Source of the DNA: Clostridiales bacterium
GTDB lineage: Bacteria > Bacillota > Clostridia > Lachnospirales > WRAX01
Length of the DNA stretch: 64,000 bases
Assembly (NCBI GenBank): GCA_031265685.1
Contig: JAISCI010000028.1
Span: 31 to 64,030 of the forward strand
Direction of reading: 5' to 3'
Part shown: positions 35,357 through 44,653 of the stretch, one piece after another
Layout of the letters: every line of letters begins with the position of its first letter
Position numbering within the stretch: position 1 is the stretch's first letter
Position numbers and translations under genes: made by a program
The notes under the pieces: generated by a model
Told to the model about the DNA's origin: nothing
Database searches by the model: none
The model's input: the letters and a program-made list of their open reading frames with translations, nothing else

Positions 35357-38342
35357 GCGGACCGCCCTCTTCCGTCTCGGACTCCTCCGCGCCGACGATA
35401 TATTCGGCGGTGTACGGCAGTTCTTCGGCTGTATCCGTGAATTCCGCGCCGTCGTCCCCGTAAGCGCCGTCAGCCGGTTCCGGCCAGCCGGTCGGATCAC
35501 GCAAATCCTCTATCTCATCCGCCTCCGCGATCTCATCGCGCCCCTTAAACTCTTCGACCGGCGTGACGGGCGATTCGCTCTTCCCGCCCCGGCCCCTTCT
35601 CTTTCTCCCGCCAGGCAGCCTGATGATTGTTTCGCCGAAGAATGTCGCGAACAAAGCTATTCCCGAGACGGCGAACGACTCGGCCAAGCCGTATACGCGG
35701 AACTCAAGCCTTATATCGTGCCGCCCCGCCCGGACGCTGAAAGCCAGGAACGCTTCCGCGACCTTCTCCGTAGCCACCTCCGCGCCGTCCACATAGACAT
35801 GCCAGCGCTTGTCGTAAGGTATCGTCGTAAACATAACGCCGCCTCGGCCGGCGTTGACGAACCCCTCCACGTGAGTGTCGTCGTAGTGCGTAACCTCGAA
35901 CGGACTCCGGGACAGCTCGTCTATCGTCTCAAGGTAGCGCTCCTCGTCCATCTGGAACAGATCGACGAAGAACGTTCCCGATTCCCTCGACGCGACGACC
36001 GCCTCGCGTTCCCTGTCGTACAGTCCGAGCAGGAACAGCGGGTTCTGGCTCTTGGTCTCGTCGAGCGTCCGCTCCACGTACGCCGACTCCGGCTTCAGCG
36101 GGTTCTGGAAAAACAAGCCGAGCACAACCTCGTCTCCGGCTTCAAGTTTCCCCAAGCCGATTATCTCGTTCTGCGTGTTGATCTGTATGCCAGATATATT
36201 TTCCCCATTTATTTTGACATACACGCCTCTGAGATTGTCTATGTTCAGCGTCAGGAACGTCGAACGATTCGCCGGTATCTTAAAACGAAGGTACACATAA
36301 ATATGATCCGTAGTTTTTATGGTCGGCGAAACTTCATAAGTTCCTGAAATACCGTCATCACTCAACTCGACCGAACAGTTGCGGGTATACGCGCTTCCGT
36401 CAGATTTTATCGCGCCAAGGAGCAGATTACCCTCTATGCCCGCCAAAGCTTTCGCGAAGTCATTTTGGGTGCGCTTAGCCGTCTTCATGACGCTATACGG
36501 GTCGTAATCCAGAATATTCTTATCGACGACAAATCCGAGCGGCAATACTTTCGTGTTCTCGTAAAGCGTTACTTTGTCGAACACCGCCGCTTCCTCGTAA
36601 TACTCGGGCGGCTTGTTTCTGTTATACGCTCTGTTTATAGAGTATTTGACCGCGAACACGGAGTTGAGCAGCGGCGTAGGGAAACGATAGTCAATACGGC
36701 TCTGTGTCGCTCCAACTCCCAGATTCCTGCAGAACTCGGTGACGCTTTCATAGCTGATCGCAAACGAGGAAATGGAATTATAACCAAACAAGGATCCTCC
36801 GCTGGATAACCTCTTCGGAGACATATCCGCGCGGTATAAAGCGTCCTCCGCGCCAAGCAACTCGCTTACCTTCTCCATGTCGTCGTTCAGCTCTATAGCG
36901 TACTGCTCCCGTGTAGTCTCAACCATATGAATCTGCATATTCTTCGCCGCGCCCGTAGACACCTCGACAAGCGCTAACGCGAACACGAACCCAAGCAACA
37001 CCTTTCGGCGCTCCGGCACCCTCGACGCATAGTACAGCAACGCTACATATATCAGTATAAATACAAAATTCTCGAACACCGCCGCGACGGTTACGTAGCC
37101 CGAAAGACTCCATGAAACGGCGGGAAACATTATCCATAACAACACAACTCCGCCAAGCATTGCCAATGTCGTAATGCGGAAGCTTTTCAGCGGCACCGCC
37201 TGGATCTTTTCGAAGCTTTGCGCCGCAAGGAACAGCGTGAAGAAGCACATGATGAACAGCACCCTGTGCGGAAAGCCCGTCGGATAGCGCATACCGTTGA
37301 GAACGTAGCCCAGTATGTTGACCGAAGCCGCGAGAATGAGAAACAGCAGAACGCCGCCGTACACCAGCTTCTGTTTTTTGGGTATGGCCGGGTTGACGAA
37401 ATAGAACACCGCGAGCACAAGCGCGAACACTCCGACATATATATTGGGCGTACCGTTCGCGTTGGAGAGCAGAACCGACGGCGCTACGTCGAAGAGATAC
37501 CCTGTGAGCACCTGCGGTATTGAGAAAAAGAATTCCAGCGGGGGTATGGAAGAACCCGCCGAGGCGTACTTGGTGTTTCCGAGCAACAGCGCCGCCGGAA
37601 CCAGCACTACCCCAGCTATCCCAACCGCGAGAACAGACGACACGGCGTATTTGAGAATCGTCTTCCAGTAATACGCGCGGCTCTGGCTCTCCTTAAGGTA
37701 CAGCTCGGCAATGAAATACAGCCCGGAGAAGACGCACAGGAACATCCCGAAAAGATAATTCGTTATGATGGCCGCGCCCAGGACGACAGCGTAAAATTTA
37801 TATTTGCCGTCTTTTATAATATTATCCACGCCGACCGCTACGAGCGGGAGCATCGCTATGCAGGGCAGCCAATAAAACACCACGAAATAAGCCGTCACAA
37901 AAGACGACAGCCCATAAGCGATTGACAGCGCTATCGCGACGATATCCCCGCGCCCGAAGCGTTTCTTCATATAATAAGCGAAGCCCGCCGATATCGCCGG
38001 AATATGTATCAGGTAATAGAGCGAAAAGAATTCCGTTATATATTCGTTACCGAACAGCGGCGCCAGCAATACGAACGGGTTCATCAGCGACGTTATCATT
38101 AGCAGATAATTGTCAACGCCGAACTGCGCCTGCCATGTATAAAAGGGACTGCCGCCCTCGGTGAGTCGGCGCGCCAGCTCGGCTATACGCGGCGCGTACG
38201 ATTGAAACGAGTCGTAGAATAAAACGTGCCTGTCGCCGAACGGATATACCCACGCGAGCATGTAGACGAGAATCACGATCCCCATCGTTATGATATACGA
38301 CAGGAATATTGCCGAGCCGAAAAACCGTTTGAGTCCGTTCAT
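35346..38342 (-). CDS. yfhO: YfhO-family (GT-C type) membrane glycosyltransferase with a long extracytoplasmic C-terminal domain
   Basis: Translation from ATG 38342 gives MNGLKRFFGSAIFLSYII...VYPFGDRHVLFYDSFQSYAP. It has about 13 TM helices, is about 998 aa, and pairs with the CsbB-like GT2. Confidence 0.8.
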   Translation of the reverse strand: MNGLKRFFGSAIFLSYIITMGIVILVYMLAWVYPFGDRHVLFYDSFQSYAPRIAELARRLTEGGSPFYTWQAQFGVDNYLLMITSLMNPFVLLAPLFGNEYITEFFSLYYLIHIPAISAGFAYYMKKRFGRGDIVAIALSIAYGLSSFVTAYFVVFYWLPCIAMLPLVAVGVDNIIKDGKYKFYAVVLGAAIITNYLFGMFLCVFSGLYFIAELYLKESQSRAYYWKTILKYAVSSVLAVGIAGVVLVPAALLLGNTKYASAGSSIPPLEFFFSIPQVLTGYLFDVAPSVLLSNANGTPNIYVGVFALVLAVFYFVNPAIPKKQKLVYGGVLLFLILAASVNILGYVLNGMRYPTGFPHRVLFIMCFFTLFLAAQSFEKIQAVPLKSFRITTLAMLGGVVLLWIMFPAVSWSLSGYVTVAAVFENFVFILIYVALLYYASRVPERRKVLLGFVFALALVEVSTGAAKNMQIHMVETTREQYAIELNDDMEKVSELLGAEDALYRADMSPKRLSSGGSLFGYNSISSFAISYESVTEFCRNLGVGATQSRIDYRFPTPLLNSVFAVKYSINRAYNRNKPPEYYEEAAVFDKVTLYENTKVLPLGFVVDKNILDYDPYSVMKTAKRTQNDFAKALAGIEGNLLLGAIKSDGSAYTRNCSVELSDDGISGTYEVSPTIKTTDHIYVYLRFKIPANRSTFLTLNIDNLRGVYVKINGENISGIQINTQNEIIGLGKLEAGDEVVLGLFFQNPLKPESAYVERTLDETKSQNPLFLLGLYDREREAVVASRESGTFFVDLFQMDEERYLETIDELSRSPFEVTHYDDTHVEGFVNAGRGGVMFTTIPYDKRWHVYVDGAEVATEKVAEAFLAFSVRAGRHDIRLEFRVYGLAESFAVSGIALFATFFGETIIRLPGGRKRRGRGGKSESPVTPVEEFKGRDEIAEADEIEDLRDPTGWPEPADGAYGDDGAEFTDTAEELPYTAEYIVGAEESETEEGGPLEE

Positions 38343-38390
38343 TTGCGCGTGTCCCCCCAATAAAATCTCTATGTGCCTTTTTTAACATCA

Positions 38391-38429
38391 GTCAGTAATT
38401 AACGGGTGCGAAGCCCGTTAATTACTGAC
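38391..38429 (-). terminator. Stem-loop downstream of the SLH gene, a possible terminator or processing site
   Basis: GTCAGTAATTAACGGG-TGCGAAG-CCCGTTAATTACTGAC is a perfect 16-bp stem. No clear U-run follows on the minus strand. Confidence 0.5.
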
Positions 38430-38453
38430 CCGCCCCAAATACGGGCTATAAAT

Positions 38454-39800
38454 TTAGAACCCCAGAGCCGGCGTCTCGTCGTAGAAACCTGCCGCCGTAT
38501 AATCCTCATCCTCATAAGCGCTGTTAACCTTGCCGCTGTTAACCTTGCTGCGGAACGCGAGGGTTTTTTTAGCCGCCTCGGCGGGCGCTTCTTCGGAACT
38601 GCTGACGCCTGAATCAACATCGCTTATCACGCCAAGATCAATCGTGATGGCGACCTTAATCTCGGGATCAACCGGGATTATGACTACCCTAAGTTCCGCC
38701 TCGTTATGCGCGGAAGTGGGCGTGAATTCATCGCCCTCTTCGACAGTTACCCACGTCTGGCCGCCGTCTGTCGATATCTGCCACAGTATCCTGACCTTGC
38801 TGTTGCTCGTCAGGGCGTCCGGGGCTTGTACTGATCCGCTGATTGTGATGCTGCCTATCAGCGCCTCTAACTCGCCCCTCGCTTCCAGCACTTCCTCCTC
38901 GGTGATTATGGACTCCCCGTCCTCGTCCGTAATTTCATTCCCGCCGTCTTCGTACTCTCCAAGTTCCCCCAGATCAATCACATCTACAGGCGGCTCGGAG
39001 GTCGGAACCGGAGCCGACGTAGCCGGAGCCGCTGTCGGAGCCGCTGTAGCCGGAGCCGACGTCGAGGGCGTATCGGTGCTGGGCCTGTGCCAGCCCTGCG
39101 CGCCGCTTCCTCCCCCGCTGCCGGCGGGCGCGGCTGTTGGCGCGCTTGATGCCGGAGCTGTCGGAGCTACCGCCACGCCCGGGGTGGCCAGCGCCACTAC
39201 CAGTATCTCGGCGCGGCTTATCGTGCGCGTCGGACGAAGCGTGTTGTCCTCAGGGTACCCGCCGATTACGCCCGCCCCCACAAGGTAGCGGAAAGCGTTA
39301 GCGTAACGGGACGACACGAGGGACGCGTCCGAGAACCGCGTGATGGAATCCCCAGCTTTGGGGGCGGGGCTTCCCATCAGCGTGTAAAGCCACAGGAACG
39401 CGTCCTGCCGCGTGATGTTGACGCCGGGATTGAAGGCGCCCTTTGACGGCGCCGTTTTGGTTATGTATCCGAACGCCTCGGCGTCCGCCACGATCTGGTA
39501 ATACCAGGCGCCGGGCAGAACGTCGGTGTAGCTGGGCGTGTTTTTCGTCTCCGGCACTTTGTAGTACCGATTGTAAATACTGACAAGCTCTACGTTTGTC
39601 ACCTTATCGTCCGGTCTGAAAAGATCGCCCGTAGTATTGATTATGTCTTTGTCCGCCCCGCTGATGATGCTCGCCTGCGCCCAGTGCCCGGATATATCAT
39701 TGAAAACGGGAGCGCCGGAAGCAATCGGCGACAAAACTAAGGCAAGAACCAAAACCACGCTCAAGGCAAACGATCCCAGGTAAAGCTTTCCCTTCCTCAA
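38454..39800 (-). CDS. Cell-wall-anchored protein with three N-terminal SLH domains, a P/A/T/S linker and an acidic C-terminal domain
   Basis: Translation from TTG 39800 (GGAGAGG RBS 9 nt upstream) gives the signal peptide MRKGKLYLGSFALSVVLVLALVLSPIASGA. SLH motifs follow: FNDISGHWAQ..., YTDVLPGAWYY..., FSDASLVSSRYANAFRYLVGAGVIGGY. Confidence 0.85.
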   Translation of the reverse strand: MRKGKLYLGSFALSVVLVLALVLSPIASGAPVFNDISGHWAQASIISGADKDIINTTGDLFRPDDKVTNVELVSIYNRYYKVPETKNTPSYTDVLPGAWYYQIVADAEAFGYITKTAPSKGAFNPGVNITRQDAFLWLYTLMGSPAPKAGDSITRFSDASLVSSRYANAFRYLVGAGVIGGYPEDNTLRPTRTISRAEILVVALATPGVAVAPTAPASSAPTAAPAGSGGGSGAQGWHRPSTDTPSTSAPATAAPTAAPATSAPVPTSEPPVDVIDLGELGEYEDGGNEITDEDGESIITEEEVLEARGELEALIGSITISGSVQAPDALTSNSKVRILWQISTDGGQTWVTVEEGDEFTPTSAHNEAELRVVIIPVDPEIKVAITIDLGVISDVDSGVSSSEEAPAEAAKKTLAFRSKVNSGKVNSAYEDEDYTAAGFYDETPALGF

Positions 39801-39833
39801 TACAATGCACCTCTCCTGCAATCTCCGTCTGTT

Positions 39834-39935
39834 CGCTCGGAAAAGCAGGTTCGCGACGCCTGATCTCAGGGTGAACGAGTCCGGCTAAAATTCCCAATCC
39901 TTCTAATGTCACGCGGATTGAGCCACATATCTTGA
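39834..39935 (-). repeat. 5'-leader repeat, unit 1 (proximal to the SLH start)
   Basis: About 100 nt, matching 40047-40146. The first 40 nt (CGCTCGGAAAAGCAGGTTCGCGACGCCTGATCTCAGGG) differ at one position. Confidence 0.85.
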
Positions 39936-40046
39936 CTAATTCTCGTGGCGGCCTACCATTAAGAGTATGCCACTTCCGCGTTATCCACCCCCTGCCGAAC
40001 ATAGCTTCACAATATGATACGCCTCTTTTGCGATCATCCGGCCATC

Positions 40047-40146
40047 CGCTCGGAAAAACAGGTTCGCGACGCCTGATCTCAGGGCAAACGGAACCGAATA
40101 AAATCCCCAATCCCGCCAATATCACGATGATTGGGCCGCATCTTAA
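40047..40146 (-). repeat. 5'-leader repeat, unit 2 (distal)
   Basis: A direct repeat of 39834-39935 at a 213-nt period. Confidence 0.85.
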
Positions 40147-40178
40147 ATAAATCCTCATGGTGACCTGCCATCACAATG

Positions 40179-40210
40179 AGTATAACATTTCCACCCCCCC
40201 CCCCTGTCAA
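40179..40210 (-). promoter_or_regulatory. Near-consensus SigA promoter with a G11 tract in the spacer, upstream of the SLH gene
   Basis: The minus strand reads TTGACA-GGGGGGGGGGG-TGGAAATGT-TATACT, with TGT-TATACT forming an extended -10. The spacer as read is 20 nt, against an optimum of 17. Confidence 0.6.
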
Positions 40211-40987
40211 GCAAAATTTCTCAATTTTTCGTGCTGTACACGGATAAGCAAAATGCCGAAATAACGGGATTGCGGGGGGATAGCGGACTATTTTCAGCGT
40301 CTGACGCAATATTAACGCAATAAAAACTATAAACTAACGGCGGCAGAGATGAGATGGAATCAATCGCAAACTTATGACGGGGAACGCGATGGGAGAAATT
40401 GTTGCTATGAGTTACTATAAAACCGCAAAAGCGCCTTAGATAAAAAGCTGTGTATTTCGCCTGCGAACAACAAAAATGATCCTGAAACAAGCGCAACAGT
40501 TATGCAAAATTACGAATTCTCCGAAAAGCGTTGCTGGATAATAGGCACAACTCAGATTAAGCGGTAACGCTACGGGAACAATCACTTGAAAACAGAGGGT
40601 ACGCCCTGGGACGCGCAACTGAATCTACTCGGATTTCATTGAACTGAATCTATACTGACGGATGAAAGATACGCGTAAAAGAAAAACGGCGTTGGTTGGC
40701 GAGCGGAGGCGCCGTAAATTTATACTTTTCACGCCGCCAACATCACGCCAAAGAACGAAACAGACGCTCCATATACCCCGGAGATTCAGCTATTCTGTCA
40801 CCTTCCTAAATATTGGCGGTCGGGGGAATGCCCCAAATTAAGCTTGACATAATCGAGTTAGAAGTGATAGACTATAGAGTTATGGCTGCATGCGAGCTGT
40901 CGGCAGCAATTTCTATCAGATTAGGTCAGCCGCCGACACCAACAACGGACGCCGCCTTATCCGGCGTCCGTTGTTGTAAGTTCTACG

Positions 40988-42331
40988 CTATTGCCGCGCT
41001 TCCAGCTTCACCATGATGGTAAGATTTCCCTTTCCCCGGATCAGCTTCACCTCTACCTCGTCGCCGATCTCGCATCCGCGAACCTCCTGAGTCAGCTGCT
41101 CGCTCGTCAGAATCGGCATACCGTTGAACCCGGTAATGACGTCATTCTCCTCAATCCCGGCCTTATCCGCGGGCGACCCGTCCACAACGCCGCTTACGAA
41201 GGCGCCCGCCGAGGGCAGGTTGTACTGCTTCGCCGTCTCGTCGTTTATCGTCGAGACCGTTACGCCGAGATACGGTTTGTTGATCGAGTCCATAATGCTC
41301 TGGATAATCGGCTGGGCGATGTTCGAGGGGATGCTGTATCCCATGCCCTCCGTGTCAGTCTGCTCGATCTTGGCGGTGTTGATGCCGATCACCTTGCCGG
41401 AGAGGTTGATAAGCGGCCCTCCCGAGTTGCCGGGGTTGATCGCGGCGTTAGTCTGCAGCACCACCAGATCGCGCCCCTCGACCGATATTTCCTTATTCAT
41501 GGCGCTGACGATACCGTTGGTAGCGGTATTGCCCTCACCGAGAGCGTTGCCGATCGCGAGCACCTCGTCGCCGACGCGCAGCCCGTCGGAGTTGCCGAAC
41601 TCCGCTATGACGGCTGTTTCGACGCCCGCCTCCCTGGCGTCGGCCTTGGCCACGGACGCAACCGCCAGATCCTGGGCGGAATCGAAGCCGACAATCGCCG
41701 CTGGGATCGGCTCGCAACCCGAAATAGACACCGATACGCCCGAGGCGTCCTGCACGACGTGGTAGTTCGTCACGATATAATATTTCTGGTCGTTCTCATG
41801 AAACAGTATTCCCGAGCCAAGCCCCGTGGACCGTCCGCCGAAATAATCCCCGAACCCGCCGTAGCCGCCGTACCCTCCGCCCTCGACCGTAGAGACTATC
41901 GACACCACCGACGGCTCCACATTGTCGATGATGGCGGCGTATCCGACGCGCGGTTGGGCGGCCGTATCGCTGACGACGGACGAACTTTGCTTGAATATGT
42001 CGCCCGATACGACCGGGACCGCCGTCGGATCAGGCTCGGGCGCCGCGGCCAGCGCCCCCGGCAGAATCGCCTCCGCGACTCTCTGTCCGAAGCCTACGCT
42101 GAACCCGAAACTCGGCGCCGCTATCAGCGCCGCGACGACGACCAGCGCCAGCGCTCGCTTGAACGTCTGACTGCGGCGCTTGTCGCCGTCGCGCTTGACG
42201 GTCTCCTTATAGAACGGCTCCGGCTCGGGCGGCTCGGCGCTCGCCGGAGCGTAGACCAGCTCGCCGGAGGGCGTTTCTTCCCGTTGTTCCCCAGGGCGCT
42301 CCCCGTCAAACTCATCCTCAAAATATGTCAT
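40988..42331 (-). CDS. htrA: HtrA/DegP-family serine protease (trypsin-like domain plus PDZ), membrane-anchored
   Basis: Contains TNYHVV, DLAV, GNSGGPLIN and a C-terminal PDZ domain. One N-terminal TM helix. Confidence 0.9.
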   Translation of the reverse strand: MTYFEDEFDGERPGEQREETPSGELVYAPASAEPPEPEPFYKETVKRDGDKRRSQTFKRALALVVVAALIAAPSFGFSVGFGQRVAEAILPGALAAAPEPDPTAVPVVSGDIFKQSSSVVSDTAAQPRVGYAAIIDNVEPSVVSIVSTVEGGGYGGYGGFGDYFGGRSTGLGSGILFHENDQKYYIVTNYHVVQDASGVSVSISGCEPIPAAIVGFDSAQDLAVASVAKADAREAGVETAVIAEFGNSDGLRVGDEVLAIGNALGEGNTATNGIVSAMNKEISVEGRDLVVLQTNAAINPGNSGGPLINLSGKVIGINTAKIEQTDTEGMGYSIPSNIAQPIIQSIMDSINKPYLGVTVSTINDETAKQYNLPSAGAFVSGVVDGSPADKAGIEENDVITGFNGMPILTSEQLTQEVRGCEIGDEVEVKLIRGKGNLTIMVKLEARQ

Positions 42332-42345
42332 GCCGTTTCCCTCCC

Positions 42346-43584
42346 CTAAAAGTCAAGCCCCTTGTTTTTGAGCGTAACGGTTACTTCCTGCGCCTGCCTT
42401 CCGCCGCGCGTTATCGAAACCTTCAGCTTGTCGCCGACATTGCTCTTCTGCACGGACTCGGTAAGCTGTTCGGACGTCGCGATAGTCTTGCCGTCGATAG
42501 CCGTTATGATGTCCCCTTGGCGAAGTCCCGCGTCCGCCGCGCTCGACCCGGGCTGCACGTAATTGATATAGACGCCGACCGAAGGCAGGTTGTACATCCA
42601 TTTCAGCTGTTCCGTCACGGTCACGGTCTCGACGCCGAGATAGGGCGTGGACGTTTTGCCGGCGCTAACGATGCTGTCGGCGATCTCGGCCACGGTGTTT
42701 GATGGTATCGCGTACCCCATGCCCTCGATGCCGACCGACGACAGCTTGGCGGTGTTTATCCCGATGACATGGCCGGACGTATCGACGAGCGCCCCGCCCG
42801 AGTTGCCGGGATTGATCGCCGCGTCGGTCTGTATCGTCGTGATCAGCTGGTCGTCCTCTGTCTTGATCTTCTTGTCCACGGCGGAAATGATTCCGAATGT
42901 CGCGGATTTGCCCTCGCCAAGGGCGTTGCCGATCGCGACGACGAAATTGCCGACCTCTATCTTGGATGAATCCGCGAACACCGCCGCGTTGTACTGCCCC
43001 TTGAAGTTTTTCTCCATCTCCGCCTTAGGCGCGGATATAACCGCTATGTCGTTGGACTCGCTGCCGCCGACGTAGTTGGCGGAGACGCTCGTCGTATCGT
43101 CTAGCGAGACCTCGCAGCTGGTGGCGCCGTTGATGACATGGTAGTTGGTCAGGATGTAAACCTTATCGTCGTCCTGCTTGAAAATTATGCCGCTGCCCGC
43201 GCCGCTCGTCTCGTACTGCTGATTGAACCATCCCGCGACCGTCACCTTGACACTGATGGAGACCACGCTCTTCGCGACGGTCTTGTAGATGTCCGAGACC
43301 AGCGCCGCGCCGTCTCCGGACAGCGCGAGATATGTAGGCGCGGAACTATTCTCCGTGACCGTCATCGCCGCCGATACCGACGTGCCGGCAGGAGCGATCG
43401 CCCGTCCCACGGACAGACCTATCCCGAAACATCCGCTGCCGACGGCGACGGTCAGCAGCAGCGCCGTCACGGCTCGGAGCGCCTTCCCGCCGCGGAGATC
43501 CCGCCTGGCCTTCGGCGCGCTCTGGCTCGCGACCGGCACCGCCGGGATGATCTCGTATCCAAAATCGTCGTTGTCGTATACCAT
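42346..43584 (-). CDS. htrA: HtrA/DegP-family serine protease, tandem paralog
   Basis: Contains TNYHVI, DIAV, GNSGGALVD and a PDZ domain. One N-terminal TM helix. Confidence 0.9.
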   Translation of the reverse strand: MVYDNDDFGYEIIPAVPVASQSAPKARRDLRGGKALRAVTALLLTVAVGSGCFGIGLSVGRAIAPAGTSVSAAMTVTENSSAPTYLALSGDGAALVSDIYKTVAKSVVSISVKVTVAGWFNQQYETSGAGSGIIFKQDDDKVYILTNYHVINGATSCEVSLDDTTSVSANYVGGSESNDIAVISAPKAEMEKNFKGQYNAAVFADSSKIEVGNFVVAIGNALGEGKSATFGIISAVDKKIKTEDDQLITTIQTDAAINPGNSGGALVDTSGHVIGINTAKLSSVGIEGMGYAIPSNTVAEIADSIVSAGKTSTPYLGVETVTVTEQLKWMYNLPSVGVYINYVQPGSSAADAGLRQGDIITAIDGKTIATSEQLTESVQKSNVGDKLKVSITRGGRQAQEVTVTLKNKGLDF

Positions 43585-44267
43585 ATCCTGGCCTTCCTCT
43601 CCGATAGTTGGTAAGATCGTATCCTGTTTTTATCTATGGCCTTAGTATACCTCCCGATTTTTACGAATATTAGCGGATTTTGTGTCTAAATTGTAAACAT
43701 TGGGCTCGGATGATTTCTTAATTACAGCGGCGGTGTGGGGAGTGTCAAAATTCAAGCTGCGGTCGTTTGAAAGAAATTGATGAGAGTAAGGGGAAGCCCG
43801 GAGTATTTGCGCAGGCGGGTTTGGCTTGCCGGCTTGCGGTCGGATAGCTTTTGGCTTGGACTTGTACGCGCCTGTGTATTACAATCGAAAAATCGGCCAG
43901 TCAAGTTGTGCGCCAACACAAATGACAGCAAAATAATTATCTATCCTACAAAAACTAATCGTTACAACCCGTTATCCGCCGTTGTTCAGTGTTTAATTAT
44001 GCATTATCAGCGTTTCCCGCCGTTACCGGACCGCTCGTAAAACACGTATTGTCGGCACGTTTTTTATCGCTACAAACGACATTAACCATTCAAAAAGTGT
44101 CTACAAAAACTCGTAGACACTTTCAACCTCATACATTTACCGCCCTCTCAGCCTAGCTCAATTTCCTGTCCGCGATACGGATTACGGCGTCGGAAATCCG
44201 CGGCTGTTCTCACGGTCACTTAAAAGACGCTTCTTTCAATTCTCTTATGGAAATTTCAAACACGCTT

Positions 44268-44373
44268 GAATTTTGCGTGAATTGAAGCATTATCGTGTGG
44301 TTTGAACACGTGAAGCGCCTCAACCCGAGGGCTTACGAACATGACAGAATTTTGCTTGATTCACGCAAAATTC
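44268..44373. repeat. X/Y-word repeat block (partly degenerate)
   Basis: GAATTTTGC-GTGAATTGAA-GCATTATCG-TGTGGTTTGAAC ... GAATTTTGC-TTGATTCAC-GCAAAATTC. Confidence 0.75.
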
Positions 44374-44383
44374 GCTCACCATT

Positions 44384-44653
44384 GTGGCGCACAGGCTGGC
44401 CGCTATCGCCGTGAGTGAGGCCAGGGCGGCGCTGGACGGAGCCGGCGCGCTGAATGCGCCAATTCTACCCGGCGTCTATTCGCTGTCGCCGGTTGCGTCT
44501 GCCCGGCGTGTTCATCCGACGGAAAAGCCGCTGATGAATTTTGCGGGTTCAGGCAAAATTCAGGCGCTTATGCGCGAACTGGTAAAGATTGCTGGCAACC
44601 GCTTTGTACGCGTACGAGGTTTTGACGATTCAAACGCGCCAGAGCGTTGTTGA
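44384..44653 (+). pseudogene. Fragment of an N4/N6 DNA methyltransferase (HPTxKP motif) carrying a hairpin-module insertion
   Basis: ...ARRVHPTEKPL[MNFAGSGKIQ]ALMRELVKIAGN.... The bracketed residues are encoded by GAATTTTGC-GGGTTCAG-GCAAAATTC (44536-44561). The flanking catalytic regions are absent or degenerate. Confidence 0.5.

Noticed and set aside
39697-40158. 153-aa minus-strand ORF spanning both leader repeats, with the repeated peptide GLGIL.G.V.PEIRRREP.FPS
   Set aside because: It overlaps the SLH gene start out of frame and has no RBS. Its internal repeat simply reflects the 213-nt nucleotide duplication, a multiple of 3. It is more likely non-coding leader.
43777-44040. 87-aa plus-strand ORF in the island
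   Set aside because: It has no RBS, an odd composition, and no recognisable family. It is treated as non-coding.
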